Assembly (NCBI GenBank): GCA_016234405.1
Contig: JACRCC010000002.1
Coordinates: 1 to 62,745, forward strand
Length of the DNA: 62,745 nucleotides
Direction: 5' to 3'
DNA from: Deltaproteobacteria bacterium
GTDB lineage: Bacteria; Desulfobacterota; GWC2-55-46
Under the pieces are notes generated by a model. It saw nothing but the letters and a program-made list of their open reading frames with translations, searched no databases and was not told where the DNA came from. Within the stretch, counting starts at the first letter, position 1; every line of letters starts with the position of its first letter. Shown here in pieces: positions 45,056-54,604 of this stretch. The position numbers and the translations under genes were made by a program.

Positions 45056-45651
45056 TAAGGATAAACCTCCTGCCCGCAAGGGCCGAGAAGAAAAAAGAGA
45101 GCACAAGACTGCAGTTGATGATAGCCGGCGGTGTCACAGTCATCGTGCTTCTTGTATCTTTTGCCGTATATTTATACGAAATGAGCGAGGCGTCCTCGCA
45201 ATCTTCCAAGATAACTTCCGCGAAGGCCGAGCTTGAAGTCCTCAAGGGTAAGATAGGCGAGCTCTCGAAGATAGAGCAGCAGAAAAAGGTGGTCGAGGAA
45301 AAACTCAACATCATCAAGAGCCTCGAGGCCGCCAAGACAGGGCCTGTAGACCTCTTTAAGTTGATAGGCGACGCCATGCCTGAGAGGGCGTGGCTCAAGT
45401 CGTTGAAGGATGACGGCAAGACGGTATCCCTCACCGGTTTCGCGGTTAATCAGGAGGTCATGTCGGACCTCATGAAAAACCTCCAGAGGCACAAGGGTTT
45501 TTCCTCCGTGGACCTCATTATTGCTCAGGTGATCTCTGAAGGTGAGACCAGGAGTGAAGTCGTGAGTTTTGATCTCAAACTCAACAGGGTTGCCGCCGGA
45601 GAAAAGTCCAAGGACAAGGGGGGATTACCCCCATCGAAGGAGAAGAAGTAG
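45052..45651 (+). CDS. pilN: Type IV pilus assembly protein PilN
   Basis: MIRINLLP... N-terminus, a single TM, a coiled coil, and its position. Confidence 0.88.
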   Translation: MIRINLLPARAEKKKESTRLQLMIAGGVTVIVLLVSFAVYLYEMSEASSQSSKITSAKAELEVLKGKIGELSKIEQQKKVVEEKLNIIKSLEAAKTGPVDLFKLIGDAMPERAWLKSLKDDGKTVSLTGFAVNQEVMSDLMKNLQRHKGFSSVDLIIAQVISEGETRSEVVSFDLKLNRVAAGEKSKDKGGLPPSKEKK

Positions 45652-46281
45652 ATGGCTTTCGCCTTGCCCAAACAACTCAACCTCGACGTGATACTCAAGC
45701 TGCCGGTTAAGCAGCGCGTTGGCGTACTCGCCGCGATAAACGCCGTTATATTGGGGCTGATATTCTACTTCCTTACGCTGCCGCAGGTAACGGAAATCTC
45801 GACGCTCAAGGAAGAAATCGCCAAACTCGACGTTCAGCTCGAAAACGACAGGCGGATAGCCGCCAACATTCCCAAGTACATTCAGGACAAAGAGGACATG
45901 GAGAGAAAGTTGACGGAAGCCCTTACGCAGCTTCCCAACGAAAAGGAATTGCCCGAACTCATTGACAGCATCAGTATCTCGAGCGAAAGATCCGGACTCA
46001 AGATACTTATCTTCAAGCCCGGCGCGGACGTGATGAGGGGTTTTTACGCCGAAGTGCCGGTAAATATGTCCGTGCAGGGCAGGTTCGAGAGTCTGCATGA
46101 TTTCAGCGTGAAGGTCGGGGCGCTCAAGAGGATAGTAAATATCGCCAATTTGGATGTTATGTCGGAAGGGCACAAAAACAAGGTGCCGGGCATCAGGGCG
46201 AATTTTGTAGCCACGACTTTCAGGTTCATTCCAACGCCGAATGCGCCGCCCGCCCCAACGGGCGCGGGGGAGAAGAAGTAA
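45652..46281 (+). CDS. pilO: Type IV pilus assembly protein PilO
   Basis: A TM segment plus coiled coil plus a ferredoxin-like C-domain, ...LPNEKELPELIDSIS..., and its position between pilN and pilP. Confidence 0.85.
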   Translation: MAFALPKQLNLDVILKLPVKQRVGVLAAINAVILGLIFYFLTLPQVTEISTLKEEIAKLDVQLENDRRIAANIPKYIQDKEDMERKLTEALTQLPNEKELPELIDSISISSERSGLKILIFKPGADVMRGFYAEVPVNMSVQGRFESLHDFSVKVGALKRIVNIANLDVMSEGHKNKVPGIRANFVATTFRFIPTPNAPPAPTGAGEKK

Positions 46282-46805
46282 TGCCCAGCGGGTTATTTAA
46301 AAAAATATTGTTCCCAGCCGCGGTAGTCTTGTTGTTGACCTCCTGCGGGCAAGAGAGCGCGCCGCCTCCCCCGCCGGTTAGGAAGGCCGCCGTAAAGCCG
46401 GTGGAAGCCGCGCCGGGAGTTGATAAGACAGCCGGCGTTCAACCGACTGCGGCTGCGGTTAAATTGCGTAATCCCTTTTTGAGCTATATTATAGTAAGGC
46501 GTGAGACTGAGGGGGTGGATATAAAGGCGGTAAAGGGGCCTCTCCAGTGCTGTGATATTTCGGTATTCAGGATTCAGGCCGTTAAGACCGGCGGGGCTAA
46601 ACCAAAGGCCGTGGTCCTCGCCCCTGACGGTAAGAGATACATGGTAGGTATCGGCGATGCCATCGGCATGATGGACGGGAAGATAATCAAGATTGACGAA
46701 AACGGGATGATGGTCAAGGAGTTTACGAAGGACCCCGATGGAAAGGTTATTTTAACCAATGACGTTGCGATAAAGCTGCATCCGGATGTGTCGAAGCCAA
46801 AGTAA
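46281..46805 (+). CDS. pilP: Type IV pilus assembly lipoprotein PilP
   Basis: The lipobox is LLLTSCG. A Pro/Ala-rich linker and a C-terminal beta-domain (DGKRYMVGIGDAIGMMDGKIIKIDENGMMV) are present. Its position supports the call. Confidence 0.8.
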   Translation: MPSGLFKKILFPAAVVLLLTSCGQESAPPPPPVRKAAVKPVEAAPGVDKTAGVQPTAAAVKLRNPFLSYIIVRRETEGVDIKAVKGPLQCCDISVFRIQAVKTGGAKPKAVVLAPDGKRYMVGIGDAIGMMDGKIIKIDENGMMVKEFTKDPDGKVILTNDVAIKLHPDVSKPK

Positions 46806-46871
46806 TAATGCCGGTTGCAGACGGGCGTTTTTGCGTTTACCGGTTTTTTCAAGGAGAACATGGAGGTCGTC

Positions 46872-49667
46872 ATGAACATAAAAAGGTTTTTAGGAAGCGG
46901 ACTCGCGGGCGCGGCATTGGCATGTCTCGTAATCATGTCGGGGTGCGCCGGGGTTGATCAGGAGGGAGGTAAGGACTCAGTCCTTCCGGCTGAAGGGGAA
47001 CTCAAAGGCGCCGAAGCCCAAAAGAAATCAGAGGCGGCTAAGGTCGGTATAGACAATATCGAGGCATCCGGCGACAAGGTGCTTATCTCCGCCGACGGGC
47101 CGTTGAAGTACACGGTTTTCATGCTTACCGACCCTTTAAGGGTAATCGTTGACATGCCCGGGGTGAGCACGGACAAGGTCGCCGCTCACACCGCCGTAAA
47201 CAACGATCTTGTTTCAGACGTAACCACGTCAAGTTCCGAAGACGGAAATAACATCGGCAGGGTCGTGATAGGCCTTAAGGAAGGCGTGGACTACGAGGTC
47301 AAGTCGGGCGGAAACAGCATTCTCGTGAACCTCAAAAGGGTCGCGACCGCCGAGGCGCCGGCAACAGCCGAGGCTGGGATGATTGCCGCTCCAGCGCCGG
47401 TTCCCGAGCCTGTGATAGTGGCAGGCGCTGGCGTAAAGCCCGTTGATGCCCCGGTTAAGGACCTGAAACCCGCGACAAAGGTGATTAAAGTCGAGTCCGC
47501 ATCCGAGGGTGAAAATACCGTAGTGCGTTTGGTCGCGGACGGCGCAATCGGTAACTACAATTCCTTTGAACTCGACAAACCTGCAAGGATAATCGTTGAC
47601 GTGTGGGGCGTCAAAGACGCGGTAGGCAAGGCAATGGTTAAGGTCGCCGGGGGGCGCGTAAAGTCGGTGCGGATAGGAAGCCACCCGGACAAGGTTAGAT
47701 TCGTCATTGACGGGACTAACGCAAAGATGGCAGCGCACTCGATTAATAAGATTGAAGACGCGATAGTCTTAACCATCGGCGAAGGGGTCATGCAGGCCGC
47801 TCCCAAGGCCGCAGAGGCTGCGCCCGTTGTAACGCCTGAGCCTGTCGTTGTTGCCGAGTCAGCGCCCCCGTCTGCGCCCGTTGCCGATGCTCCGGCGGAA
47901 GATGCGAGTGCAAATACCGTGGAGCGCGTGGATTTTAAGAAGGTCAACGGTTCGGGCAGGGTCGTCATCGTAACCTCTCAAAAAGCGAAGTACACCGCTA
48001 TCGGCTCAGAGGACGGCAAGTCCGTAATCATTGACATAAAAAACGCAATCATACCGGACAGCCTCAAGCGGACGCTCGACGCCTCGAAGCTCAAGACCCC
48101 GGTGCTTACGATAAGTTCGTATCAGGAGTCCCTAAAACCCGTTAAAGACGTAAGGGTGCTCGTAAAACTTTACGACAAGACCAAATATGACATCAAAGAG
48201 GAGAACGGCGCGTTGAACGTTGACTTCACCCTCGTGGAGGGGTTAGCGCCCGCTAAGACGCAGGACGAATTGGCAAAGGCGGCCTCCTCCATCGAGGGCA
48301 CCTCGGGCGATGCGGCCGCGATAGGCGAGACCAAGAAGGTCTATACCGGCAGGCGCATCAACCTCGACATGGTGGACGTCAACATAACGGACATCTTCAG
48401 GATGCTCGCCGAAGAGAGCGACTTGAACATCATAGCCGCCGACGACGTCAAGGGAACGATATCCCTTCGCCTCAAGGACGTGCCGTGGGATCAGGCCTTC
48501 GACATTATACTCAAGGCAAAGGATCTGGGCGTCGCGCGCGAGGGAAACGTCATAAGGGTGGCCCTTGCCAGTAAGATTCGTCAAGAAAAGGAAAGCGCCC
48601 TTGCCTCGAAGAAGGCGCAGGAAAAACTTGAAAATCTTGAGATAAAGTTCATCCCCATAAACTACGCCGTGGCCGTTGAAATAGAACCTCAGATAAAGTC
48701 TTCTCTCACGGAGCGCGGCACGGTTACGAGCGAGAAGAGGACCAATACCATTATCGTCAGGGACATAAAGAAGGGCATCGAGCAGGCTGAAATGGTCGTA
48801 AAAAAACTCGACACCCAAATACCGCAGGTTCTAATAGAGGCCCGAATAGTGGAGGCCAGCAGCAGCTTTGCGCGCGACCTCGGCATCCAGTGGGGTATTG
48901 ATTACTTCGTTGACGGCAGGAACGTGAATACGAGCATGTTCGGAAGCGCGGAAGGGTCTACACAGACGGCTACAAACCCCAATCAGCAGTTCGGGACGGC
49001 CAGCGGCACTAACACGGCATACCCCGGAAACGCAAAGACGAGCATGAACCTGCAAGGCGGCGCGACACAATACGCGGTAAATACGCCGGCTACCGGCACC
49101 GCAGGCACGCTCGGGGCGCTCGGCTTCATCGTGGGCAAGGGCGGCTCCAACCCGCTTATTTTGGATTTGAGGCTTTCGGCCGGCGAGTCGCAGGGTCTGG
49201 TAAAGACCATCTCAAGGCCGCGTATCACCACTATGGATAATAAAGAGGCCAAAATAGAGCAGGGCGAATCAATACCGTTTGAAACGACTTCGTCTTCCGG
49301 CACTTCAACTACGTTTATTGACGCCAATTTAAGCCTTTTGGTCACCCCGCATATCACGCCGGACGGAAGCGTTCTTATGAAGATAAAGGCGAACAGAAAT
49401 TCCATCGGAACGTTCAGAACCTCGGCAGGTCAGCCGAGCATCAACAAAAAAGAGTCCTCAACCGAGGTGCTCGTTAAAGACGGCGAGACTACCGTCATCG
49501 GCGGCATCGTGGTTTCGGATAAATCCGAGACAGAGGCCGGAATTCCGTACCTCAAGGATATACCTCTCCTTGGTTGGTTATTTAGGAGAAAATCGGTGTC
49601 GGATACGCAGACGGAACTCCTAATATTCATCACGCCTACCATAATGAAGGAAAAGGCGGTCGGTTAA
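46872..49667 (+). CDS. pilQ: Type IV pilus secretin PilQ with three AMIN domains
   Basis: The three AMIN-like modules are ...LRVIVDMPGV, ...ARIIVDVWGV and ...SVIIDIKNAI. N0/N1 domains follow, then the secretin core with the C-terminal GIPYLKDIPLLGWLFRRKS...ELLIFITPTI. ATG 46872 is preferred (GGAGG 5 nt upstream) and gives the signal peptide MNIKRFLGSGLAGAALACLVIMSGC. The ORF-track start is TTG 46815. Confidence 0.92.
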   Translation: MNIKRFLGSGLAGAALACLVIMSGCAGVDQEGGKDSVLPAEGELKGAEAQKKSEAAKVGIDNIEASGDKVLISADGPLKYTVFMLTDPLRVIVDMPGVSTDKVAAHTAVNNDLVSDVTTSSSEDGNNIGRVVIGLKEGVDYEVKSGGNSILVNLKRVATAEAPATAEAGMIAAPAPVPEPVIVAGAGVKPVDAPVKDLKPATKVIKVESASEGENTVVRLVADGAIGNYNSFELDKPARIIVDVWGVKDAVGKAMVKVAGGRVKSVRIGSHPDKVRFVIDGTNAKMAAHSINKIEDAIVLTIGEGVMQAAPKAAEAAPVVTPEPVVVAESAPPSAPVADAPAEDASANTVERVDFKKVNGSGRVVIVTSQKAKYTAIGSEDGKSVIIDIKNAIIPDSLKRTLDASKLKTPVLTISSYQESLKPVKDVRVLVKLYDKTKYDIKEENGALNVDFTLVEGLAPAKTQDELAKAASSIEGTSGDAAAIGETKKVYTGRRINLDMVDVNITDIFRMLAEESDLNIIAADDVKGTISLRLKDVPWDQAFDIILKAKDLGVAREGNVIRVALASKIRQEKESALASKKAQEKLENLEIKFIPINYAVAVEIEPQIKSSLTERGTVTSEKRTNTIIVRDIKKGIEQAEMVVKKLDTQIPQVLIEARIVEASSSFARDLGIQWGIDYFVDGRNVNTSMFGSAEGSTQTATNPNQQFGTASGTNTAYPGNAKTSMNLQGGATQYAVNTPATGTAGTLGALGFIVGKGGSNPLILDLRLSAGESQGLVKTISRPRITTMDNKEAKIEQGESIPFETTSSSGTSTTFIDANLSLLVTPHITPDGSVLMKIKANRNSIGTFRTSAGQPSINKKESSTEVLVKDGETTVIGGIVVSDKSETEAGIPYLKDIPLLGWLFRRKSVSDTQTELLIFITPTIMKEKAVG

Positions 49668-49686
49668 TCAGGAAAGGCGAGAATTG

Positions 49687-49771
49687 AAAAACGCACCCAG
49701 CGCCACTTTCCGCCACCGGCCTTATTAACTGCACGGTGTAGGCGGCGAAAAGCGGCGCTGGGTGCGTCTTT
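49687..49771. terminator. Long (about 30-bp stem) hairpin of the CCCAGCGCC family between pilQ and aroC
   Basis: The arm aaaaacgcacccagcgccactttccgccacc (49687-49717) is complementary to gtaggcggcgaaaagcggcgctgggtgcgtcttt (49738-49771). A/T runs lie on both sides, so it could act as a bidirectional terminator. Confidence 0.65.
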
Positions 49772-49789
49772 ATTTGAGAGGGCAAGAAC

Positions 49790-50998
49790 ATGATAAGATA
49801 CCTCACATCAGGCGAATCTCACGGCAAACAAATTACCGTGATAATCGAGGGCATGCCAGCCGGGCTCGATGTCAACCGTGCCTGCATTGACCATGATTTG
49901 GCAAGGCGGCAAGGCGGCTATGGCCGCGGCGCACGGATGCGAATAGAATCCGACAAGGCCGAGATAACCTCCGGTGTCCGTTGGGGCAAATCCCTCGGTT
50001 CTCCGATTTGTCTTGTTGTGAAAAACCGCGACTGGGAGAATTGGCTGGAGGTCATGGCCGCGGGCGTGCCTCACGCGGTCGAGAACGGGAAAGAGGTAAC
50101 ACGACCGAGGCCCGGACACGCGGACTTGGCCGGCGGCTTGAAGTACGGTCAGCGTGATTTGAGGAATATTCTCGAGAGGTCGAGCGCGCGCGAGACCGCG
50201 GGCCGTGTGGCGGCCGGGGCCGTTGCCAAGCGACTCTTGGCCGAGTTCGGCGTAACCGTGATGAGCTGGGTCTTGGAGATAGGCGGCGTCAGTGCCCGGG
50301 AGACCAACGCAAGCGCCGAGGCGCTTTTCAAAAAGGCGGAGGCGTCATTGGTAAGGTGTCCCGACGCAAAAGCCGAGAAGAAGATGAAAAAAAAGATTGA
50401 CGACGCCAAGAAAAAGGGCGACAGCGTAGGCGGCGTCTTTAAGGTTGCGGCAACCGGGGTTCCGCCCGGTCTTGGCAGCCACGTACACTGGGACAGGAAG
50501 CTCGACGGTCGTCTTGCCGGGGCACTGATGAGCGTACAGGCCATCAAAGGGGTTGAGGTCGGCGCGGGTTTCGCGGTCGGGTCTTTGCCGGGTTCAAAGG
50601 CGCACGACGAGATTTTTTATGATAGCGCCGCGCAGGCGAGGCGAGATGAAAAAGGCGTCTACTGGCCGCAGTCGCCGCGTTTTTACCGCAAGACCAATAA
50701 CGCGGGCGGCATCGAAGGCGGCATGTCCAACGGAGAGCCGGTTGTCCTCAATGCCGTCATGAAGCCCATCCCCACGCTTTATAAACCCCTCCGCTCGGTT
50801 GATATTATTACCAAGGAGCCTTTCAAGGCATCGGTAGAGAGGTCCGACGTTTGCGCCGTACCGGCGGCCGCGGTGGTGGCCGAGGCGGTAGTCGCCTTCG
50901 AGCTTGCGACGGCATTCCTCGAAAAATTCGGCGGCGATTCCATGTCCGAGATAGAGAGGAACTACAGAGGGTATCTCAGGCAGATAGCCGGGTTTTAG
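49790..50998 (+). CDS. aroC: Chorismate synthase
   Basis: The N-terminus is [28 protein letters not shown] and [13 protein letters not shown] are present. 402 aa. Confidence 0.95.
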   Translation: MIRYLTSGESHGKQITVIIEGMPAGLDVNRACIDHDLARRQGGYGRGARMRIESDKAEITSGVRWGKSLGSPICLVVKNRDWENWLEVMAAGVPHAVENGKEVTRPRPGHADLAGGLKYGQRDLRNILERSSARETAGRVAAGAVAKRLLAEFGVTVMSWVLEIGGVSARETNASAEALFKKAEASLVRCPDAKAEKKMKKKIDDAKKKGDSVGGVFKVAATGVPPGLGSHVHWDRKLDGRLAGALMSVQAIKGVEVGAGFAVGSLPGSKAHDEIFYDSAAQARRDEKGVYWPQSPRFYRKTNNAGGIEGGMSNGEPVVLNAVMKPIPTLYKPLRSVDIITKEPFKASVERSDVCAVPAAAVVAEAVVAFELATAFLEKFGGDSMSEIERNYRGYLRQIAGF

Positions 50999-51014
50999 CC
51001 GGCATTACGATAAA

Positions 51015-51578
51015 ATGACGGGTAATAAGAGCGCAAGAAACGTCGTCCTCACGGGTTTCATGGGCGCGGGAAAAACCGTAGTCGGGAAGCGTCTTGCGGC
51101 AACGCTTGGCAGGAAGTTCCTCGACCTCGATGAGACGATCGTAAAAGAAACAGGCGTAGAGATAAAGGATATATTCAGAACAAAAGGCGAGGCGTATTTT
51201 AGGGAGCTTGAAGCAGGCGCAATCGTGAAATTGACAAAGGGAGAATACGGCATCGGCATAGTCGCGGCAACGGGCGGCGGGGCCGTCATCAGGCCGTCAA
51301 ATAGAAAGGCATTAAGGGCATGGGGCGCGGTAATCTGCCTTAGGGCCTCCGTTGATGAAATCATAAAAAGGGCGGGGAGCGGCGACGAAAGGCCTTTGCT
51401 TGACATCGCCGCTCAGGGAAAAAAGAGAGAGAAGGGGTTTTTGCCCCCCTTGATAGAAAGGCTTTTGAAGGAAAGGGATATGGCGTATAAGGATTGCGAC
51501 TTTGCGTTGGACACCACCGAGATGAGCGTCAAGGATGCGGTTGAAAAGATAAAGTCATTTCTTGGCAATTCAGTGTAA
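51015..51578 (+). CDS. aroK: Shikimate kinase
   Basis: A Walker A motif (GFMGAGKTVVGKRLA), DLDE..., FRELE. 187 aa. Confidence 0.9.
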   Translation: MTGNKSARNVVLTGFMGAGKTVVGKRLAATLGRKFLDLDETIVKETGVEIKDIFRTKGEAYFRELEAGAIVKLTKGEYGIGIVAATGGGAVIRPSNRKALRAWGAVICLRASVDEIIKRAGSGDERPLLDIAAQGKKREKGFLPPLIERLLKERDMAYKDCDFALDTTEMSVKDAVEKIKSFLGNSV

Positions 51579-51638
51579 CTCCTTGAATAATCAGATTTTT
51601 ATTGTTACGGTGTTTTCGCTCGCCGCTTTAATTTAGAA

Positions 51639-52736
51639 ATGCCCAAGACCCGCAAAATAAGAGTCAATCTCCGTGGAGCGCCGCGTTCTTATGATATAGT
51701 CATTAAAGACAATATCATCAAGGAACTCGGCCCTCGTTTGTCCGGCCTCGGTTTCAGAGGCAGTGTCGCCCTCATAACAAATCCCAAGGTCAAGCGACTG
51801 TATGCCGGGGTTATTATAAAAAGCCTTGCCTCAGCGGGTTTTAAGACCATAGTAATAACTGTGCCTGACGGCGAGAGATATAAAACCCTCGATGAAGCGG
51901 CCAAGATCTTCGACGCGCTCGTTAAAAACAGGTTTGAGCGGGGCAGCCCAATCGTCGCGCTCGGCGGGGGCGTTATAGGCGACATATCCGGTTTTGCGGC
52001 CTCCGCGTATTTGCGGGGCGTGCCGTATATCCAAGTCCCTACGACCCTTCTTGCGCAGGTGGACAGCTCCGTGGGCGGAAAGACGGGCGTAAACCACCCA
52101 AGAGGCAAGAACCTCATAGGCGCCTTTTATCAGCCGGCCGCAGTTTACATTGACCCCTTGACCTTAAAGACCCTGCCGGAAAGGGAATTTAAGGCCGGAC
52201 TCAGCGAGGTGATCAAATACGGCGTCATAAAAGACAGGGCGTTTTTCGGTTTTCTCGAGAGAAATGCCGCGGTAATATCGAAAAGAGGACCCGCTATATG
52301 CGCGGCAATAGAAAAATCGTGCGCTCTCAAGGCGTGGGTGGTCTCAAGGGATGAGCGTGAATCGGGTTTACGCGCTATACTTAACTTTGGGCATACGTTC
52401 GGCCACGCCACCGAGGCCGCATCAGGCTACGGTACGTTCCTTCACGGCGAGGCAATCTCCATTGGCATGGTAATGGCTATGAACCTCTCGGTAAGTCTCG
52501 GACTCTGTCCCGCGAAAGACGCCCAAAGGGTTGCCGCGCTTATCTCGGCCATGGGGCTTTTGTTGGATGCCCCTAAAATATCCCATGCAAAACTCATTGA
52601 TGCCATGCGGCTCGACAAGAAGGTCTCAGGCGGCAAGATGCGTTTCGTTCTGCCTCGCGCCATCGGCAGGGTTATCGTAAAAGACGTAACCGTTCCTCAA
52701 ATCAGGCGTTTTCTTGGGTCTTTAGACCGCGCGTGA
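51639..52736 (+). CDS. aroB: 3-dehydroquinate synthase
   Basis: ALGGGVIGDISGFAASAYLRGVPYIQVPTTLLAQVDSSVGGKTGVNHP and NFGHTFGHA. The pilMNOPQ-aroK-aroB linkage is conserved in many Gram-negative bacteria. Confidence 0.95.
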   Translation: MPKTRKIRVNLRGAPRSYDIVIKDNIIKELGPRLSGLGFRGSVALITNPKVKRLYAGVIIKSLASAGFKTIVITVPDGERYKTLDEAAKIFDALVKNRFERGSPIVALGGGVIGDISGFAASAYLRGVPYIQVPTTLLAQVDSSVGGKTGVNHPRGKNLIGAFYQPAAVYIDPLTLKTLPEREFKAGLSEVIKYGVIKDRAFFGFLERNAAVISKRGPAICAAIEKSCALKAWVVSRDERESGLRAILNFGHTFGHATEAASGYGTFLHGEAISIGMVMAMNLSVSLGLCPAKDAQRVAALISAMGLLLDAPKISHAKLIDAMRLDKKVSGGKMRFVLPRAIGRVIVKDVTVPQIRRFLGSLDRA

Positions 52737-52883
52737 CGTGAAATGTCCGCCGGGGGATTAAAAACGCCCCCCTTTTTTTTAAGGGGGGGGCAGGGTTGGA
52801 TTAAGTTTCCCCTTGACTTGAGGTCGTTTCTTTAATACTTTTAATGGTATAAAGGCTCAATTAAACGGTTTAAAAGACCTCCC

Positions 52884-53105
52884 ATGACCGAGGTAAAGGC
52901 AGGAGACGATCTTTTTTTTACGGCCACTATGGCTGAGGTTCTTGAAAAGCAGGGTTATTTCGAGGACGCGCTGACGATATATAAGATACTCCTTGACAGC
53001 GGCCCGGCAGACAAGAAGGATGAGGTTCTTAGGGTTAAGGTAGATGCCCTCAAGGGTCTGGCCGAGCGGGGTAAAAAACGCGCAAGCATGCCCCCGCACG
53101 CCTGA
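52884..53105 (+). CDS. Small hypothetical protein with one TPR-like helix pair
   Basis: 73 aa. The ...TATMAEVLEKQGYFEDALTIYKILLDSGP... motif is present. It lies directly upstream of the roadblock gene. Coding status is supported only by context and ORF length. Confidence 0.45.
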   Translation: MTEVKAGDDLFFTATMAEVLEKQGYFEDALTIYKILLDSGPADKKDEVLRVKVDALKGLAERGKKRASMPPHA

Positions 53106-53143
53106 AAAAATAAAGACGGTTACGGATATTTAGGAGGGGGATT

Positions 53144-53509
53144 ATGTCGTTCCTGTCCATCTTAAAAGAGCTTGTAGAGGGCGCCGATAAGGCCGTGGCA
53201 TGCGCCCTGATGGGCGTTGACGGGCTTGCCATCGAGAAATACGTTAATGCGGGCGCGCAGTATGACGTAGAGACGGTTGGCATCGAGTACGGCAAGGTCC
53301 TCGACGAGATAAAAAACGCCGCGGCTTTATTGAGCCTCGGCGCCGTTGAAGAGGTGCTTGTCAACACCATGGGCACGGATATTATATTGAGGATAATAAG
53401 CCCGGAATATTTCATCGCCTTTGCCGTGGGTCCGGGCGGCAACGTGGGCAAGGCGCGCTATCTCCTCCGCAAGGCCGTGCACAAGGCAAGAAAGGAACTC
53501 CTTGCGTAG
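53144..53509 (+). CDS. Roadblock/LC7 (MglB-like) domain protein
   Basis: 121 aa. ...AVACALMGVDGLAIEKY... and ...EEVLVNTMGTDIILRII...YFIAFAVGPGGNVGKARYLLRKA are typical of Robl_LC7. GGAGGGGG SD upstream. Confidence 0.75.
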   Translation: MSFLSILKELVEGADKAVACALMGVDGLAIEKYVNAGAQYDVETVGIEYGKVLDEIKNAAALLSLGAVEEVLVNTMGTDIILRIISPEYFIAFAVGPGGNVGKARYLLRKAVHKARKELLA

Positions 53510-54575
53510 CAGGCTTGGGGACGTCAGAGCCAACGCCTCAAAACGCGGCGTTGACGCCTTTCTTGTAACGGACATCAAAAACATCCGCTATCTCTCCGGG
53601 TTTACCGGTTCAAGCGCGTGTATCATCGTCGCGGAAAACGCCGGTATCTTTCTGACCGATTCGAGATACACCGAGGTTGCCCGCGAAGAGGCGCGGGGTT
53701 TTACGGTTAAGGAATATTCAAAGGCGCTCAATCTTAACGCGGCGGTCGCGGCGGAGGTCAAATCAAGAGGCATTACCACCCTCGGCTTTGAGGCAAATCA
53801 CCTTCCGTATGAAACCTTTGCAAAGCTAAAAAAGACCCTCGGTCACGTGAGGTTGAAACCCCTGACCGGCATGGTGTCGGATATAAGGGCACGGAAAGAC
53901 GCGGAGGAGATAACCCTCATAAGAAAATCCGCCGGCCTCCTCGACCGGGGTTTCGAGGCCGCCTGCGCGATGCTGCGCAGCGGCGCAATTGAAAAAGAGG
54001 TTGCGTGGGGCGTAGAGTCCTTTTTGCGGAGAACAGGGGCCGATGCCTTTGCCTTTGAACCCATAATCGCCTCAGGCCCAAGGGGGGCGCTGCCTCACGG
54101 CAAGGCGTCGGACAAGAAGATAAAAAAGGGCGAGCTTGTGGTCGTGGACATGGGCGTCCTCCTTAACGGTTACAATTCCGATGAGACGCGGACATACTGC
54201 ATCGGGCGGGCCGGTCTGAAGCAAAAAAAGATTTTTGATGCGGTCCTCACGGCGCAGATGCGCGCCATCGAAAAGATAAGACCGGGCGCAGCCGCAAAAG
54301 ACGTTGATTTGGCCGCGCGCGGCTGCATAGAAAAGGCCGGCTTCGGAAAACACTTCGGCCACGGCACGGGCCACGGCGTTGGGCTTGACGTGCATGAGGC
54401 GCCTATAATAGGCCCTTACAGCAAAGATATACTCGAAGACGGCATGGTTGTTACAATCGAGCCGGGCGTCTATATACACGGTTTTGGCGGCGTGAGAATC
54501 GAGGACATGGTTCATGTGGTAAGAGGCGGGGCTGAGATAATTACGAAGACGCCAAGAGGTCTTATTTGCCTTTGA
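53502..54575 (+). CDS. pepP: Xaa-Pro aminopeptidase (M24B family)
   Basis: The creatinase-like N-domain motif is VDAFLVTDIKNIRYLSGF. M24 metal ligands are DMGVLLNGYNSDETRT, HGTGHGVGLDVHE, EPGVY and RIED. TTG 53502 is proposed as the start. The ORF-track start 53421 would overlap the roadblock gene by 89 nt. Confidence 0.85.
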   Translation: MRSRLGDVRANASKRGVDAFLVTDIKNIRYLSGFTGSSACIIVAENAGIFLTDSRYTEVAREEARGFTVKEYSKALNLNAAVAAEVKSRGITTLGFEANHLPYETFAKLKKTLGHVRLKPLTGMVSDIRARKDAEEITLIRKSAGLLDRGFEAACAMLRSGAIEKEVAWGVESFLRRTGADAFAFEPIIASGPRGALPHGKASDKKIKKGELVVVDMGVLLNGYNSDETRTYCIGRAGLKQKKIFDAVLTAQMRAIEKIRPGAAAKDVDLAARGCIEKAGFGKHFGHGTGHGVGLDVHEAPIIGPYSKDILEDGMVVTIEPGVYIHGFGGVRIEDMVHVVRGGAEIITKTPRGLICL

Positions 54576-54604
54576 CTTAGGTTATCGGTTTTCAGTTGTC
54601 ATAG

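Noticed and set aside
52767-52790. The C6-T8-AA-G8 tract after aroB as a special regulatory element or G-quadruplex.
   Set aside because: It is a single short C/G hairpin with a T-loop. It is most simply a weak terminator-like structure or a homopolymer-rich spacer, and a single G8 run is not sufficient for a quadruplex.
53421-53501. The upstream extension of pepP overlapping the roadblock gene by 89 nt.
   Set aside because: The M24B N-domain begins near TTG 53502, with an AAGGAA SD-like sequence upstream. The extension is out of frame with a good Robl/LC7 CDS and is Arg/Ala-rich.
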